From positions 12,276,001-12,340,000 of the forward strand of contig CM119382.1 in NCBI GenBank assembly GCA_051294905.1: a stretch of 64,000 bases of DNA. Direction: 5' to 3'. This DNA comes from Botryllus schlosseri (lineage: Eukaryota). A program made the translations under genes and the position numbers. The notes under the pieces were generated by a model, which saw only the letters and a program-made list of their open reading frames with translations, was not told the origin of the DNA and did no database searches. Positions 11,309 through 23,406 of this stretch are shown here, one piece after another. How positions within the stretch are numbered: the first letter of the stretch is position 1; each line of letters starts with the position of its first letter.

Positions 11309-14300
11309 TTAGCTGTCAAAAAGATCAGGAAATATTTCATGTAGCCGTATTTCCTTGGAAGCATTTTCTTTTGCATTGTTAGTTACATCAAAATCCTTGG
11401 CGGCGCGTTGTAATACGTCACTCGCAATGTCGTTTCCATCCGTTCCATGCCTCTTGTTTTCAGTCATGTCGGAATAAAACACTGATCTCATCGGCCATTT
11501 CTGTAAAGCGTTAACAGCGCACTATATTGAGACATGATAGATACGATCATTGTGACAAAGAATCGCAATACAATTGAGCAGAAGCTATATGTTATCTGAT
11601 TGAACGAGCAACGTGGTATAAGCCTACATCCTTCTATTGTATTCACCTAACGTTTCCCTTGGTTGAAATTAAGATGATTATATATTATATGCCATAATTT
11701 TATTCATGATATGATAAGTGTACTGTATATGTATATTTGTGGGTCAAAGTTACGAATATGTTCTTTAAGAAGACGACAGCATGTGATTATCAACAAAAAC
11801 TCAAATAACTCCGATTCTACTTGGTGTCTTTTTACTTAATCTTGTTACTCCGTAAATCTGTATCGGTTGGATTGCAGGGTTGTAACCAAGTCACAAGGCA
11901 CCGAGTCACAAGTCAATCTCAGTTTTATAGTTTTGACTCGAGTCAAGTGGAGTCATTTTCAATTCACCACCGAGTCAAGTTCGAGTCCAAGTCAGCGAAA
12001 ATAGGCTCGAGTCCGAGTCACGGTATTATGACTCGGGTCGAGTCCAAGTCATTGTGTTGACAGCTCAGATTTATGTCAATGACTTGTTAAACCCACCCTT
12101 TATAACTCTGTTTGATGATATCGAATGGTTCGCATTTATAATATACTAATTTCCCTCACTTTTAGCAGTTCGTGGTCGCCATTTTCAAGTACCAGTACCA
12201 ATAGTCGAGATCCCAATTGCGTGGTAACTTTACTATTCTTCGAAATTACAATGAATTGTCGGTCTTCGAAGTCTGAGTCTCGAGTCATATGACTTGGTTC
12301 GAGTCATGCACAATGACTCGAGTCCAAGTCGAGTCAATACACAAGTTGACTCGAGTCGAGTCGAGTCATTTCTGAATTTTGCGAAAATGACTCGAGTCAA
12401 GTCGAGTCATCAGAAAATCGTGACTCGAGTCGGACTCGAGTCGAGTCATGACTCTAGTCATTACAACCCTGGTTGGATGACTCGCGGCAAAGTTTTGGTG
12501 TTTGGTTTCGCAATGACGTTTTAAGTTACTAGCGCTGCGATTAATTATCAAGTTCATTTTTGAACACAATGATTTATCATTGATTGATGACGAATGATCA
12601 TGAACCATTGTTGCGGGCGAAACATTTATGTAAGCTCGATTCGTAAGTTCAATTGCAAAGTTACAGCCCTGTCCTGTACTTTCACCTTGTCCTAAATATG
12701 ACAAGTGTTATGTGAACCATATGGAAGGAGAGAACACGAAAATAATACGCATATTATTGAAACGTGGTAGAATGAATCAATTTTTAATCGGGTTAAACTA
12801 GAGCTACCATATTTTGGAATCGGGAAAGAAGGAAAATTTTTCAAAATTTTCAGAAGTACAATACTAGGGTGAAATCCGGAAAAATTGGCAAATTTTTCCC
12901 GACTTTGCGGTTGGTTGACTGAAAAAAAGGTCGTCTCTCCCGATCGAACCAATGATATCCCGCTACAACGTACGTCTTTGCTATTTAGGGTCATTTGTGC
13001 CCATTTTCACTCGAATCTGTCCATTACCTTGGCTAAAAAGCTGTAAGGAGGACGAATTGCCAAAAAAGAGGATAGTTAGACGTCCTCGGAAGACATTTTC
13101 AAAAACCTGAAAAAGGTGGACAAATCCTCCTAAGTAGGAAGTATGGTAACCCTAGTTTAAACCCTTCTGGCAAAATGACGAAACGTATCTGCATTGTGCA
13201 ATCATTGAAAGCGGCAATCAGAGACTGTAAAAGCCGCAGTTTGCCCATCCCGTAGCATATAGCATCCCGGTAAATGATATATCACCGTTTTCGAAAACTG
13301 CATGGATCAGTGTCCATGTCCACGGATAAATATAGGCTCACCTCATAACTAGGGCTGCTGTGCACAACGATTCGAGAGATTAGTAAGAGTTTATATTTTT
13401 GAGTACCCAAACGATTTGCCCCTTGCGGTTACGAATATATTCATCAACGAATACATAGGCGCCGACTTTTATTTTTGCATGGGGTGGCGGTTGGCGCGTG
13501 GCCAGGGGGTGTCGAAACCCCCTCCTTTTGAAACGCAACACCTCGACCTTTTGAAATGACCATTCTGGCGCTAATATTGTACTGCAATTCAACAAGTCGT
13601 GTTATCAGTGTTACGTGGGGCCACGACCAATTAGCGAGGTTTGTTTGTGCACGCATATCGCATCGCACAATGCAGCGCGACGCGATCTCCCGCTGAGACT
13701 ATTGCGAAATTAGGTCATTGATTGCGGCGCACTCGGCATTCGTCGCTGGACTGAGAACTGAGCAGTACCATGGCACGACAATTCTGGAACACGAAGGACA
13801 GACAAGAATTATGATTACAAACACGCACGGCTTATCATTAATTATCCCTTATCGCCAACACAATGGGTTTTACTTAGTATTGAGTAGCTCGCATCGCGAC
13901 AATTGATTGCTCATTCAAACATAGATTTTGACTGCATTGCTTCATTTTCTGATTTACGTCCGCAAGGCATAATTGGATTAATATTATGGGCACTGGAATA
14001 AATTCAAACTAGCAGACACACACAATAAAACACTGCTCAACTTTGCGCTCCGCGAATATTTATCACAAAATTGGTTCACAAAATATTTTAAACGCGGCTT
14101 GCGGCCTTCATCGATGCAATTAATGCACTTTAATTTGTAGAATGTGAACGTATATTTGGTCGTCAAATCGCGATAGGAGATGGTGTTTCTCAGAGCACGC
14201 GATGGAATCTAGGTTTCTAACGATGAGGTCGAATTAGTACATCTAATAAGGATCGTTACGCATCAGTACGCTGTGAGAAATGCATAGTATTGATCAATTT

Positions 14301-17300
14301 TATCGGACTGTACAATCGGCCGGCAAAGTTGCTCTGATAACGAAATTGCAGACATGTCGCAAACCTGCAATAATTACAATTACAGGGTGCGCTAATCATA
14401 CCCAAATACCCAGATACAGCAATGGCAACGAGCACAATTTGTTCAGACCCGGGCATAAGTTTTAATCAAAAAGATACATAAACACAAACAATATTACACT
14501 CGGAAATTGTTACTGTTAGGCGAAAGTGTTTTTGCGGACGACAGCAGGCCTGCATGCGGACGTGCTAAATCAAAATACCGACGATAGTGCACATGAGATA
14601 TCAATTACCCATTCCGCATACAAATGATTCTAGCTAATTTGCAGTGCGCAGCATCGATAATACGAATTAGTGAATTGGCATTTCGCAAGAACGGGATTTC
14701 TAGTTATAAATGAGAAACTCCTTGGCTGGTTACGCGCTGGTTAATATCAGCTCGGGGCCTATACGGCCTACGCAGGCCCGATCAGCCAGTCGAATTTGAT
14801 CGTAAAATGGTGCGCTTTCAATTATTCACGTGTTATTGCGGTAAGAGCAATATGGGCGCATGGCGCGACCTTATCAATAGAAATACATATCCCAAAGGTT
14901 TGAAATTCTATCCGTGATATGGTTGCGCCCGACAGAGTCCGTCCAGCAGTGAAGTGTATTGGAACATAGAAGGTTCCCGTTCAAACTAATCGAACAAATT
15001 CAGAATTTGCGCTACCGAGAATCTCGTGTTGCATCAATATTTGACAACGTAATTCGACGATGTGCACTGCACAATGCGAGGTATTAATAACAACTCAAAC
15101 ACTGACAAGTGACACCGAGGGAATACGAGTGTATAAAGCAGACAAGAATTAATAGCCTACAGATGATAGCGAACGAGAAAGCGCGCATCTAATCAGTAAT
15201 CCCTCAATTTACGTACAGCACAATGGGGTTCCGAGTCTGACATCGCGACAATTGTTTGCTCATTATAACGACGTTTGAGCTGCATTGTTGCATTTCCAGA
15301 TAAAAGTTGGCAAAGTCATGTTAGAGTAATGAATATGCGTATTGCGCATTTTGCGCAGGAATGACTTTCAATTCGCAGGCATAGGCTACACATACACACT
15401 GTTTTATTTCGCGCTCCAAGCCTCCAATTAAAGAGACTATCACGGAAGTAACTCAACAAATATTTTGTCAACGAATATGGGCGCAAATACACATTAATTA
15501 AGAGGAGAACGTGAATTCGCCCGTCTGGTCGAGAGAGAAGATGGTGTTTCTCAGCGCAAGCGTGTCGAAATCGACGTCGTATACGAGGTTGCTTCGATTG
15601 TCTGATTATTACTAATCACGGATTACAATTGATTGGGGCGTTGTAAGTACTAGTTCGTCGCCGCCGACGAAGCTGCGTATTCAATTATTCGCGCGCGTAT
15701 CGGTTAATGGTAAATAGCTGGCATTTACGTGCTATCACGGACTCGCTAATTGACAGCGCTGATGATTTGAAATCGCAGACGGTGGGCGTTTAATCTTATT
15801 GCATAGGGTGGCCGCCACCCCGTAACTCGGCGCCTATGAACGAATATATCATCGTTTCGATATATTCTACTCAGTGCCTGGGCTACAATGACGTTTTGGT
15901 ATGGTAGCATGTAAGGAACACTCTGCAACAAGGTATAGCGTTGTACTATCATCTTCAAAGATTCAAAAACCGCTGTTGTCAGCACCAATGCGGTCATGTA
16001 AAGGCTTGGCGATCTAAATGGTTCCAAATTGAAAGATGAACGCTTTTGTATTTGTCACAGGTTTCATTTCCGGTCTGGTAAATATGTTTTGGCACGTGGG
16101 CACGAGTGAATGAAGCGGAAATACTTGCCCACGCCTTCATCGCGTATATCAATAGCACGGTAACAAAATGATCTATAACGCGTGACCAACTAACTATCTG
16201 GTGACGGGGTGCAAATATTACGTGAATTCCGTAGTGTTTTGAAACGTAGGAATCTGTAATCCCACTGCACACAAGTCTGATTTATCACAGAAATGGAATA
16301 CTGCGGTTGTAGCCAGGTCCTTGGTATGAATACTTGGCTTGCTGAAGAACTACGGCTCAGGAGTTGACAAGATATATATCGATCACTTTACCGTCCGGAC
16401 TGTAATGTTGGCCCAGAGATTAAATGAGTGGTACGTCATCTCATCCGGAAAGAGCAGGAATTATAATGAATAATAGTCGTACTCTTTGGTTGGCTATCTC
16501 GTCATGAAAATACAACACAAATATCAGATATCAAATCGGTATCAAAATTACTTTTAACGACAAATCATACAAGTACGGATGCAATAAAAATTAATAACAA
16601 GTAAGTAAGTCTATAATTACTGTTTCTAAGTTGAAGATTTTTATACCGGGTACGCGTTTACACGCAACCTCTAGCATTGCAGAACGACGTGAAATTGCGT
16701 GGCGGCTTCTTAATTTGGTTTTTGGTCTTCGATGCGGAATGGAACTACATGCCGATGTCACAACATCAACCAATATATATGTACCATGCGTTCTCATCAG
16801 GCCAGTAGGACTCTGGTAAACTCCAATTTGAACGCTTGCCTTCGATTGTTGGACAGCATTTGCATGGAATTTCCGATTTCTCGATAAATATTGGTTACCG
16901 ACTAGTGTTCCGCACACAGGCTGCCCTTGAATTCACAACTTCGGATCATACAACAACTATAATATTCATGAATCAAAGTGTTGTCTAGTCTAACGATGAC
17001 TTCTGCATAATTGACTTTCGATTACATGATAAACTCGGAAAGCAACGTAGGCCTATTACCAACATTTACTACTATATTGGACTACCGGTACTATGAGTTG
17101 ACTTTTTGCATTATCACGTGCCCATTTTATGTTACCTTCTGTTACTTTTTATTCAGTGTACAACTGAACAACTGTATGTAGCCTACATGCCCCTAATTTA
17201 CGTGTTCTGGGACAAGATGTGTATCTGATGCAATGGCTGCTACCAAGTCGTCTCGACTCCTTGCTATCTTTTCATTTTATAGCAATCTCATGCCGTTTTG

Positions 17301-18050
17301 GAATCGATTAAGATAATAATAACCGAATGAATGGGTAAATGAACAACCGTATTTCTCATAAGCTCAGCTCCGCTGTGCTTTGCGAAACATTACCTTGACC
17401 GGATGCATCATGGTTTCATCGAATTTCTTACAATCAGATGGCGACCAGAAGGTGGTTTCGTTGCATCCTGCATTTAAAATAATTATATTAATTTACCGAC
17501 ATATACTATAAGAAGTCCCCAGAGCTCATATTCACTTACCGCAGCATGTTCGACCTTCCATTGGATATACTTTCTTTGAAAGATGCCTAATGTACGTAGT
17601 AGCCAAGATCAGTATGTCCAGCTTCGATAATTTCGTATCTGGGGGCACCGATGGCAAAATATGTTGCAACTTTGCGAACGCGTTGCGCAATGTCCGTACG
17701 CGATTTCTGAGATATCACATCAAACCGATATCACTCTACACTGCGACCAATATGCCAGCATTTATAATGTGCGTCACGCAATGTTTAGCAAAAAAACGTA
17801 TCAATTTAAAATAATTTTAAACGTAGTATTAAATGCAAAGATTCTTGACATCGCTGCTATCAAGTGCCATACGGACTATCCAATGAGCAAGTATGCCTAA
17901 ATTCACGAGTTTATACCTTTCGCGTGCAGCATTATTAGGATCGCCTCTTTTCCTCGTTGCATTCTTGAACCCACACTTTGTCGTCGCAGAGTTAAATTTT
18001 GATCTCTCTTGAACATGAACCGTCGGGTATCTTGTTTCAGAGTTTCTCAT
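11309..18050 (-). CDS. TCF24: bHLH transcription factor, TCF23/TCF24 type, 188 aa; CDS = complement(join(11309..11500,17394..17467,17540..17706,17917..18050))
   Basis: Spliced product [49 protein letters not shown]...MMHPVK|KWPMRSVFY matches the TCF23/24 bHLH and its HPVKKWPMRS motif. All introns are GT-AG with phases 2,1,0; 567 nt including stop. Confidence 0.9.
11875..12471 (+). mobile_element. GACTCGAGTC-rich hAT MITE, copy 2 (in TCF24-like intron 3)
   Basis: CAGGGTTGTAA / TTACAACCCTG ends; TSD GTTGGAT(T)G / GTTGGATG; colinear with copy 1. Confidence 0.88.
12799..13154. mobile_element. hAT MITE family Y (TAGGGTTACCATA ends, GTCCTC/GAGGAC motifs)
   Basis: Degenerate left end TAGAGCTACCATA, right end TATGGTAACCCTA; TSD GGTTAAAC / GTTTAAAC. 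Confidence 0.75.
13660..15750. repeat. Ancient diverged direct duplication (~1.35-kb offset) with short conserved islands, in TCF24-like intron 3
   Basis: Colinear shared blocks CAGACAAGAATTA (~13799/15139), CACAATGGG (~13859/15219), CATCGCGACAATTGNTTGCTCATT (~13891/15241), CTGCATTG (~13932/15280), AGATGGTGTTTCTCAG (~14177/15540). Confidence 0.7.
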
Positions 18051-18659
18051 TTTTGCTTATTTCATCTGCGTTGAATATTGAGGTTTACTCGGAGAAGGAT
18101 ATCAAGTAAAACACATCACGAAAGCCTATATACTATGTTTTGATAGTAGCAAGATATGACTTCTGTGGACATACTTGATATCGACAGTATGATAGCGCTA
18201 CTTTATAAAGATCACTGCAGAACTGATACGTGCAATGTGCATGTACGCGAGAAAAAGTCTTGGCAGATTACTCTAATGAACGTCGGGCACAAGGATGAGA
18301 AATCTCCTAAGATATGCAGTGGTATAGATATTCTTACCAGGTCCGCTGAATATTACTCGGAAAAGAAATCGAGAGCTATACCTTCATGACACAGTTGCGA
18401 CGTGACAATATAGAGTATAGACCACGTAACAATGAAATTTCAAATATCACAATAACTTGTAACCGCTAACTTTCACTATTGGGGTGTCAGAATACTCGCA
18501 TACTTTATTGAGGTGATATTTACTATTCACGTAAAAGCCTCAAGATGGATTTGACTTTGCGGGAATCGAACTGTAAATCTCTTTTACTTCGTCGCTTAAA
18601 AACCTTTTCTGAATGGAAAAATTCGACGGTATTTTGCGGTAAAATTATATAGCTCATTT

Positions 18660-19305
18660 GCCACTCCATCACGGATATAACTCGCCATGCCCGAAATTAT
18701 ATAACTCAAATAAATCGCTAAACAAAAGATTTGGTGTTCGAAAAATAAAAGATATGAGGAAGCTAGAAATTGCCAAGTTTATGTATCACTTCAATTTCCC
18801 TCAAATTTCAACGACTGCTTCACCTCTGAATCAAAAGCGCACAAGTACGGCACACGCGTGTCAACGAAGAACAACTACCACATGGTCAGAACAAAATACA
18901 AAAAACCGCATTGCTCCATCAAGTATGCCTGACCCTAATTGTGGAACAGCATCTCGTCGGCTATCCGACAGTCGCCGAGCATGTCCGCATTCAAGACGAA
19001 ATACAAGCAATTTCTTCTAAATGAATACTATAGTTAGCCTTCAGGATTACCCGACCACGACTCAACATATCGATCTCGCCTTCCGCCACATGCCACCTCG
19101 TTTTGTCGTTTGCCTTCTGTAATATCTGCTTTACTTTTGATTCAGTGTGCAATCTGAGTATGCCTCTTCTCTACTTCGCCTAGGCCGAGGTATGTGTCTG
19201 ATTTAAAAGACTACCCCAAGTCGTTTCGACACCTTCCGATCTTTTCATTGTATCGCAGTCTTGTGATGTTTTGAAATGATGAAAATAGTAATAAACTGAT
19301 ACTTA
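18660..19305 (+). mobile_element. 5'-truncated CR1/L2-clade LINE (ORF2 C-terminus plus 3' UTR), decayed
   Basis: Frameshifted translation LEIAKFMY...HKYGTR...SIKYA*P*LWNSISSAIRQSPSMSAFKTKYKQFLL fits the typical CR1/L2 ORF2 C-terminus, followed by the conserved 3' UTR. Confidence 0.8.
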
Positions 19306-19917
19306 TGATACCGATCTTACTCGGTGTCGCCTTGGTAGATGTAATAAGTCACAATACAACTTCCGTCACTTTGTTTTTGGCCTTGGGTTTGAGACAAAGA
19401 ATGGCATTTCCCCTTAAACGCCATTTTGATTCGGATAATCTTTCATAAATTTATTATGTCAAAATGGTGATCAAGTTGTCGTTTGCGAAGAGAAAATGCA
19501 TCCAATCCACTGTACGCTGTAAAGGTACTTTCTGAAACTAAATTTTCATATTGCACCCACTCCAATGGGTGAAACGAGTCAAATGCACCAATTGGTATGG
19601 AGATATATCGCAGGGGTGGAGACAATTCCAGGAAGGGGCAATAATGTGGTACACGTTATTGGGATATGTCTCCATATTGATGTATTCGACTCGTTATGGT
19701 GGAAATCCGGTAAATAAACCAATTTCCATCCATGTATTTACAGTTATTGTTCAAAGTATATCTGAAAGATTGCAAGCTATCACTATGTTCATAACTAGGT
19801 GAGGCGTGTATCCAGGTTCCGACGCTGACATCAGACCAAGGAATGACTCATACACGCGCACGAGATATCACGCTATCCGCTCTCTTTCCTTCCTTCCGAC
19901 CAAAACGAAAACACAAT

Positions 19918-19925
19918 TATAAAAG
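19918..19925 (+). promoter_or_regulatory. Candidate TATA box (TATAAAAG) of the MSMB-like gene
   Basis: Consensus TATA 80 bp upstream of ATGAAGAAG|GTAGGA. Confidence 0.45.
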
Positions 19926-19997
19926 GACGGTATTAAAAATGCGCTCTTTTATGGAATTATGAATGCTTCGAACTCGGAACTTTGAAGGAGTATTGAG

Positions 19998-22900
19998 ATG
20001 AAGAAGGTAGGATTCGATTATTTGTACGCATCCATTGTCATATTCGATACGAAGAGATGTTCGTAATTGATATTTTGCCTTGCCAGGGTCTGATTAATGT
20101 GATTTTATAAACTAACTGTAGGAATGTTTTCGGACATGATATGTACCAACTTAGTGACTACGATCTCATGGCGATAACATGTAATGACTCGACTATATAC
20201 GGGGAAGTCATTTCTGACTATTGGGGAAGATCCCTGCTACACGATATATCAACCATCTCACAAAATAAGAAAACCAGCGCCTTTCATTGGGGAACATTTG
20301 CGTCAGTCCTGGTGCCTTTTCCTATTTTCTCATTTAAAAATCTTATTGTCATGAGGATCGCGAAGAAAATAATGGGTGCCAGACACCGATTAATTTATTT
20401 CACTCAATTCAATCAATTTACTTCCTGTTTGCACAGTCGATATTTTAAAATCTTCTAATTATGGCACGCGCTTATCACATCTTAGATATATTCTGAAATT
20501 GGCGAAAAATCCACTTCGTCGGACGCGAGCCCCGATTTTTTTTATAAGATGAGATCCTTATTGTACCAAATATGCAATTAGATAATGTCCGACGAGACAT
20601 ACGTGCCATACAGAAATGCCATTTGAAAACTGTCATCAAAAGTTAAAAAATAAGTCCATGAACTTCGAAATATGAATATAGGATTAGGGTTACCATAGGT
20701 CCTACTTTTTCAGGAAATCAAAAATGTCCTCCGAGGACGCCTAAATGTCCTCTTTTTTGGGAATTCTACCTCCTTTACAGCTTCGACAGCCAGGCAATTG
20801 GACATGCACAATTAATAGACGACATAAATGACGTGAGATCCGCAACGCGGTCTTTCGGGAGTGTGGTTGGAAAAATGAACTTTTGTTAGTCAACCCAACA
20901 TACTTTACCGTAGAGATTCTAGAAAATGCAGTTGTTTGAGTCCGGTAATCTACTTTAAGTAATCTGTAAAAAGTGTCATCCTTTCCTGATCCCAAAATAT
21001 GGTATATTAGTAACCCTAGATAGGATAGATGAGGATAGGGGACCGAAATTACAGCGGTGACATGGGTTATGTCTTTCTGCCTCACGCCCCACCACGCCCC
21101 TCCCCAGTCACTACACAATGTGTAGTACACATGTCATATACGGATCTGAGGAGCCTCATAATCGCATAGAATACGTAATGCATAAGCGATTTCAACTATG
21201 ACCAAGATGATCTTATCAGAATATCAACGCCAGATGTCGCTAGCGTATCACTTTGCACTATGTAACTCGCACCACAGCTGTTAGTCAGCTACCACACTGG
21301 TTGCGAGTTCGAGTCCGATCGAGGTCGACTCGAGAATTCCTACCGAAGCGTCTTAGGTTTATTTAGGCTCCTACTCGACATCTGATTCGCGTAAGCGGAG
21401 TATTAAAGCATAGAAGTACTGGCACCGTCCACTTCGTGGTTGTTGTGACGCTCAAGTTCATTGTCTTTAGCAAACTCAAGTTCATTGTCTTTAGCGTCAT
21501 TACCTAATTAAAAGAAACATCACTAATAATGACCCATAGGCAGAGTTGGTCAAAGTAGTCATCCCTGGTACTCAGGTCGTAATAGAAGTAGCGTCGTATA
21601 TCTCCACTCAAATACAAGTAAAAGTAACAATTTTCATGTAAGTAAAAAGTAAGTAGAGTAAACAATGCAAGAAGGCAAAACCGACTTGAGTAGGCTACTC
21701 CAGAAAATTAAAAGTATTTCGTCACTGACAACCTATGTCCATATAGGCTTATGTGTATCATAGTATTCCATCAGCGGTTAAGATCTACGGATTCGTCAGT
21801 ATTATCTACGACGTAAATGCTATCCCGATTTGTTTGAGAGATTTACGTAGATTTCCCCTGAAGCTGTATATTGTAAGCAGTCTCGTGAGAAGTGTTGAAA
21901 AGTCTCATTGACGTGACCCGCTAGTGATATTATGGGTTCCAGACTTCAAAAGTCATAATGCCGAGAACACATACAATTCCACAACGAAATCAAAAGATAT
22001 TTAAATATATCAACGTGTATGATGCTTTTTTACAGGTTGGCATAATCGCACTCATATTCATATCCATTTCCTCTGGGGTGAGAGGAGCCTGCTATCAAAT
22101 AGACGGATGTGACGCACCGGAAGGGCAAAATCCACTCGAATATTGGTCGCATCCTGTCGAAAAGTGCACGAGCTGCCGATGCGAACTGCAAAGAGTAGAC
22201 ATTGTAAGATTTTTGGCATAACCATATAATTTTCCCTTAAAGGTAATGGTGAAAATTATAATTGATACTTCGGATGTATTTTTTCGAATCTTACGCCGAA
22301 TAAAAAGTACTCGTGATAAAACTCAGGAACAAAAAATATCCATACCAAATCGTTTCCTGAATAAGTCACGTCGATCAGCAAGTTGCGACTGAACGGTGGT
22401 GGGTGGTCCGATAATCGATTCGATAAAGGACCAGTGCATAATATTTTGTGGGCCCACCTTGTCTAACCCGTGTGTTGAATATTGTATGCGATTCTGTTGC
22501 TTCAAAACTCCGCGTAACTTCTATTTTATTCATAAAGAAACAACTTTCATCCGACTGCGTTATTCTCTCTATAGACTACATGCAGTGAATTCTATTATTC
22601 GACGAAAAAAAGCACAGTTGGCCAGTTCGTTGAAAAGGAGGAGGAGACTGAGGTCTTGAAGGAAGATGCTGAGTCAGTACAATGCACGAGCACATTGTCG
22701 TTCCAGTACGATGAAAACCAGGAGCTGGTCATTCCCGCCGGATTGAAGCACGTCACTTATTTCTATTACGACACGACAACGCATTGTTGTTCCACGTGAG
22801 TACAGAAAAAAAGCATTCGCCAACCTATTGTATGTCGATATTGTCATCAAAAATTAATTTGTCCTCCTTGACCATATCTATTTCATAGCGCGTTACGACC

Positions 22901-23406
22901 ACGTTATGGCCCGATCAATATACTTAACCGAGAAGCCTTTTTCCATGAATATATTTGTAGCCTTGTGAAACATGTTTTGGAAGTTGGGAAGGCAAACGGG
23001 GGAGGGGAGGTTCAAGGCTCATGTGGTGGGATTTGGCTGGTACAGCAAAGCAACGTGTGCATAATATCATTATTCCCAAATACCGACTCTCCATACTTGA
23101 CTCAAATGAATTGACTCTCGTCTCGAAGTACTGTGCCGGGCCCCAGTAATGAGTCTAACACTTCTACACGTATCTCCTCATGTGGCTTTTAATCACCTAT
23201 TTCAACGAACCAACAGATTCACTAGCCACAATCCTATCATAGTGTTGATTATATATATGTCCTTTGTTCCTTTCTGCAGGTCATCTTCCTACGGCAATAT
23301 TCCTCCGGGATGCATGGAGATATACGAAGATGAATGCACATCCAGTATCGTTCAAGAAGACGACCCCACCCAACCTTGCAACGGTCCCCTCTTCTTCACA
23401 GGTTGA
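19998..23406 (+). CDS. MSMB: Secreted beta-microseminoprotein (PSP94)-family protein with an extra internal exon, 174 aa; CDS = join(19998..20006,22036..22203,22575..22795,23280..23406)
   Basis: Signal peptide MKKVGIIALIFISISSGVRG, then ACY...C...W...CTSCRC...[insert]...CC...PPGC...C...DP..PC...G, the PSP94 10-Cys pattern plus 2 extra Cys. GT-AG introns with phases 0,0,2; 525 nt. Symbol is family-level only; exon 1 is the least certain. Confidence 0.78.
20685..21018. mobile_element. hAT MITE family Y (MSMB-like intron 1)
   Basis: TAGGGTTAC / GTAACCCTA ends; TSD TATAGGAT / GATAGGAT. Confidence 0.8.
21270..21400 (+). mobile_element. tRNA-derived SINE fragment (family 1)
   Basis: CAGCTACCACAC...GAGTTCGAGTCCGATCGAGGTCGACT...GCTCCTACTCG, similar to the copies at 28686 and 41781. 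Confidence 0.6.
21541..21737. mobile_element. Tol2-like AAGTA MITE, degenerate copy
   Basis: CAGAGTTGGTCAAAGTAGTCA left end as at 6040; degenerate right end GACAACCTATG. Confidence 0.65.

Noticed and set aside
15746-16917. Minus-strand ORFs with membrane-protein-like stretches inside TCF24-like intron 3
   Set aside because: Short, in different frames, with no recognisable family motif or consistent splice chain.
21451-21495. 21-bp direct duplication CTCAAGTTCATTGTCTTTAGC (similar small duplications at ~41245-41295 and ~36215-36240)
   Set aside because: Ordinary local slippage or repair duplications with no further structure.
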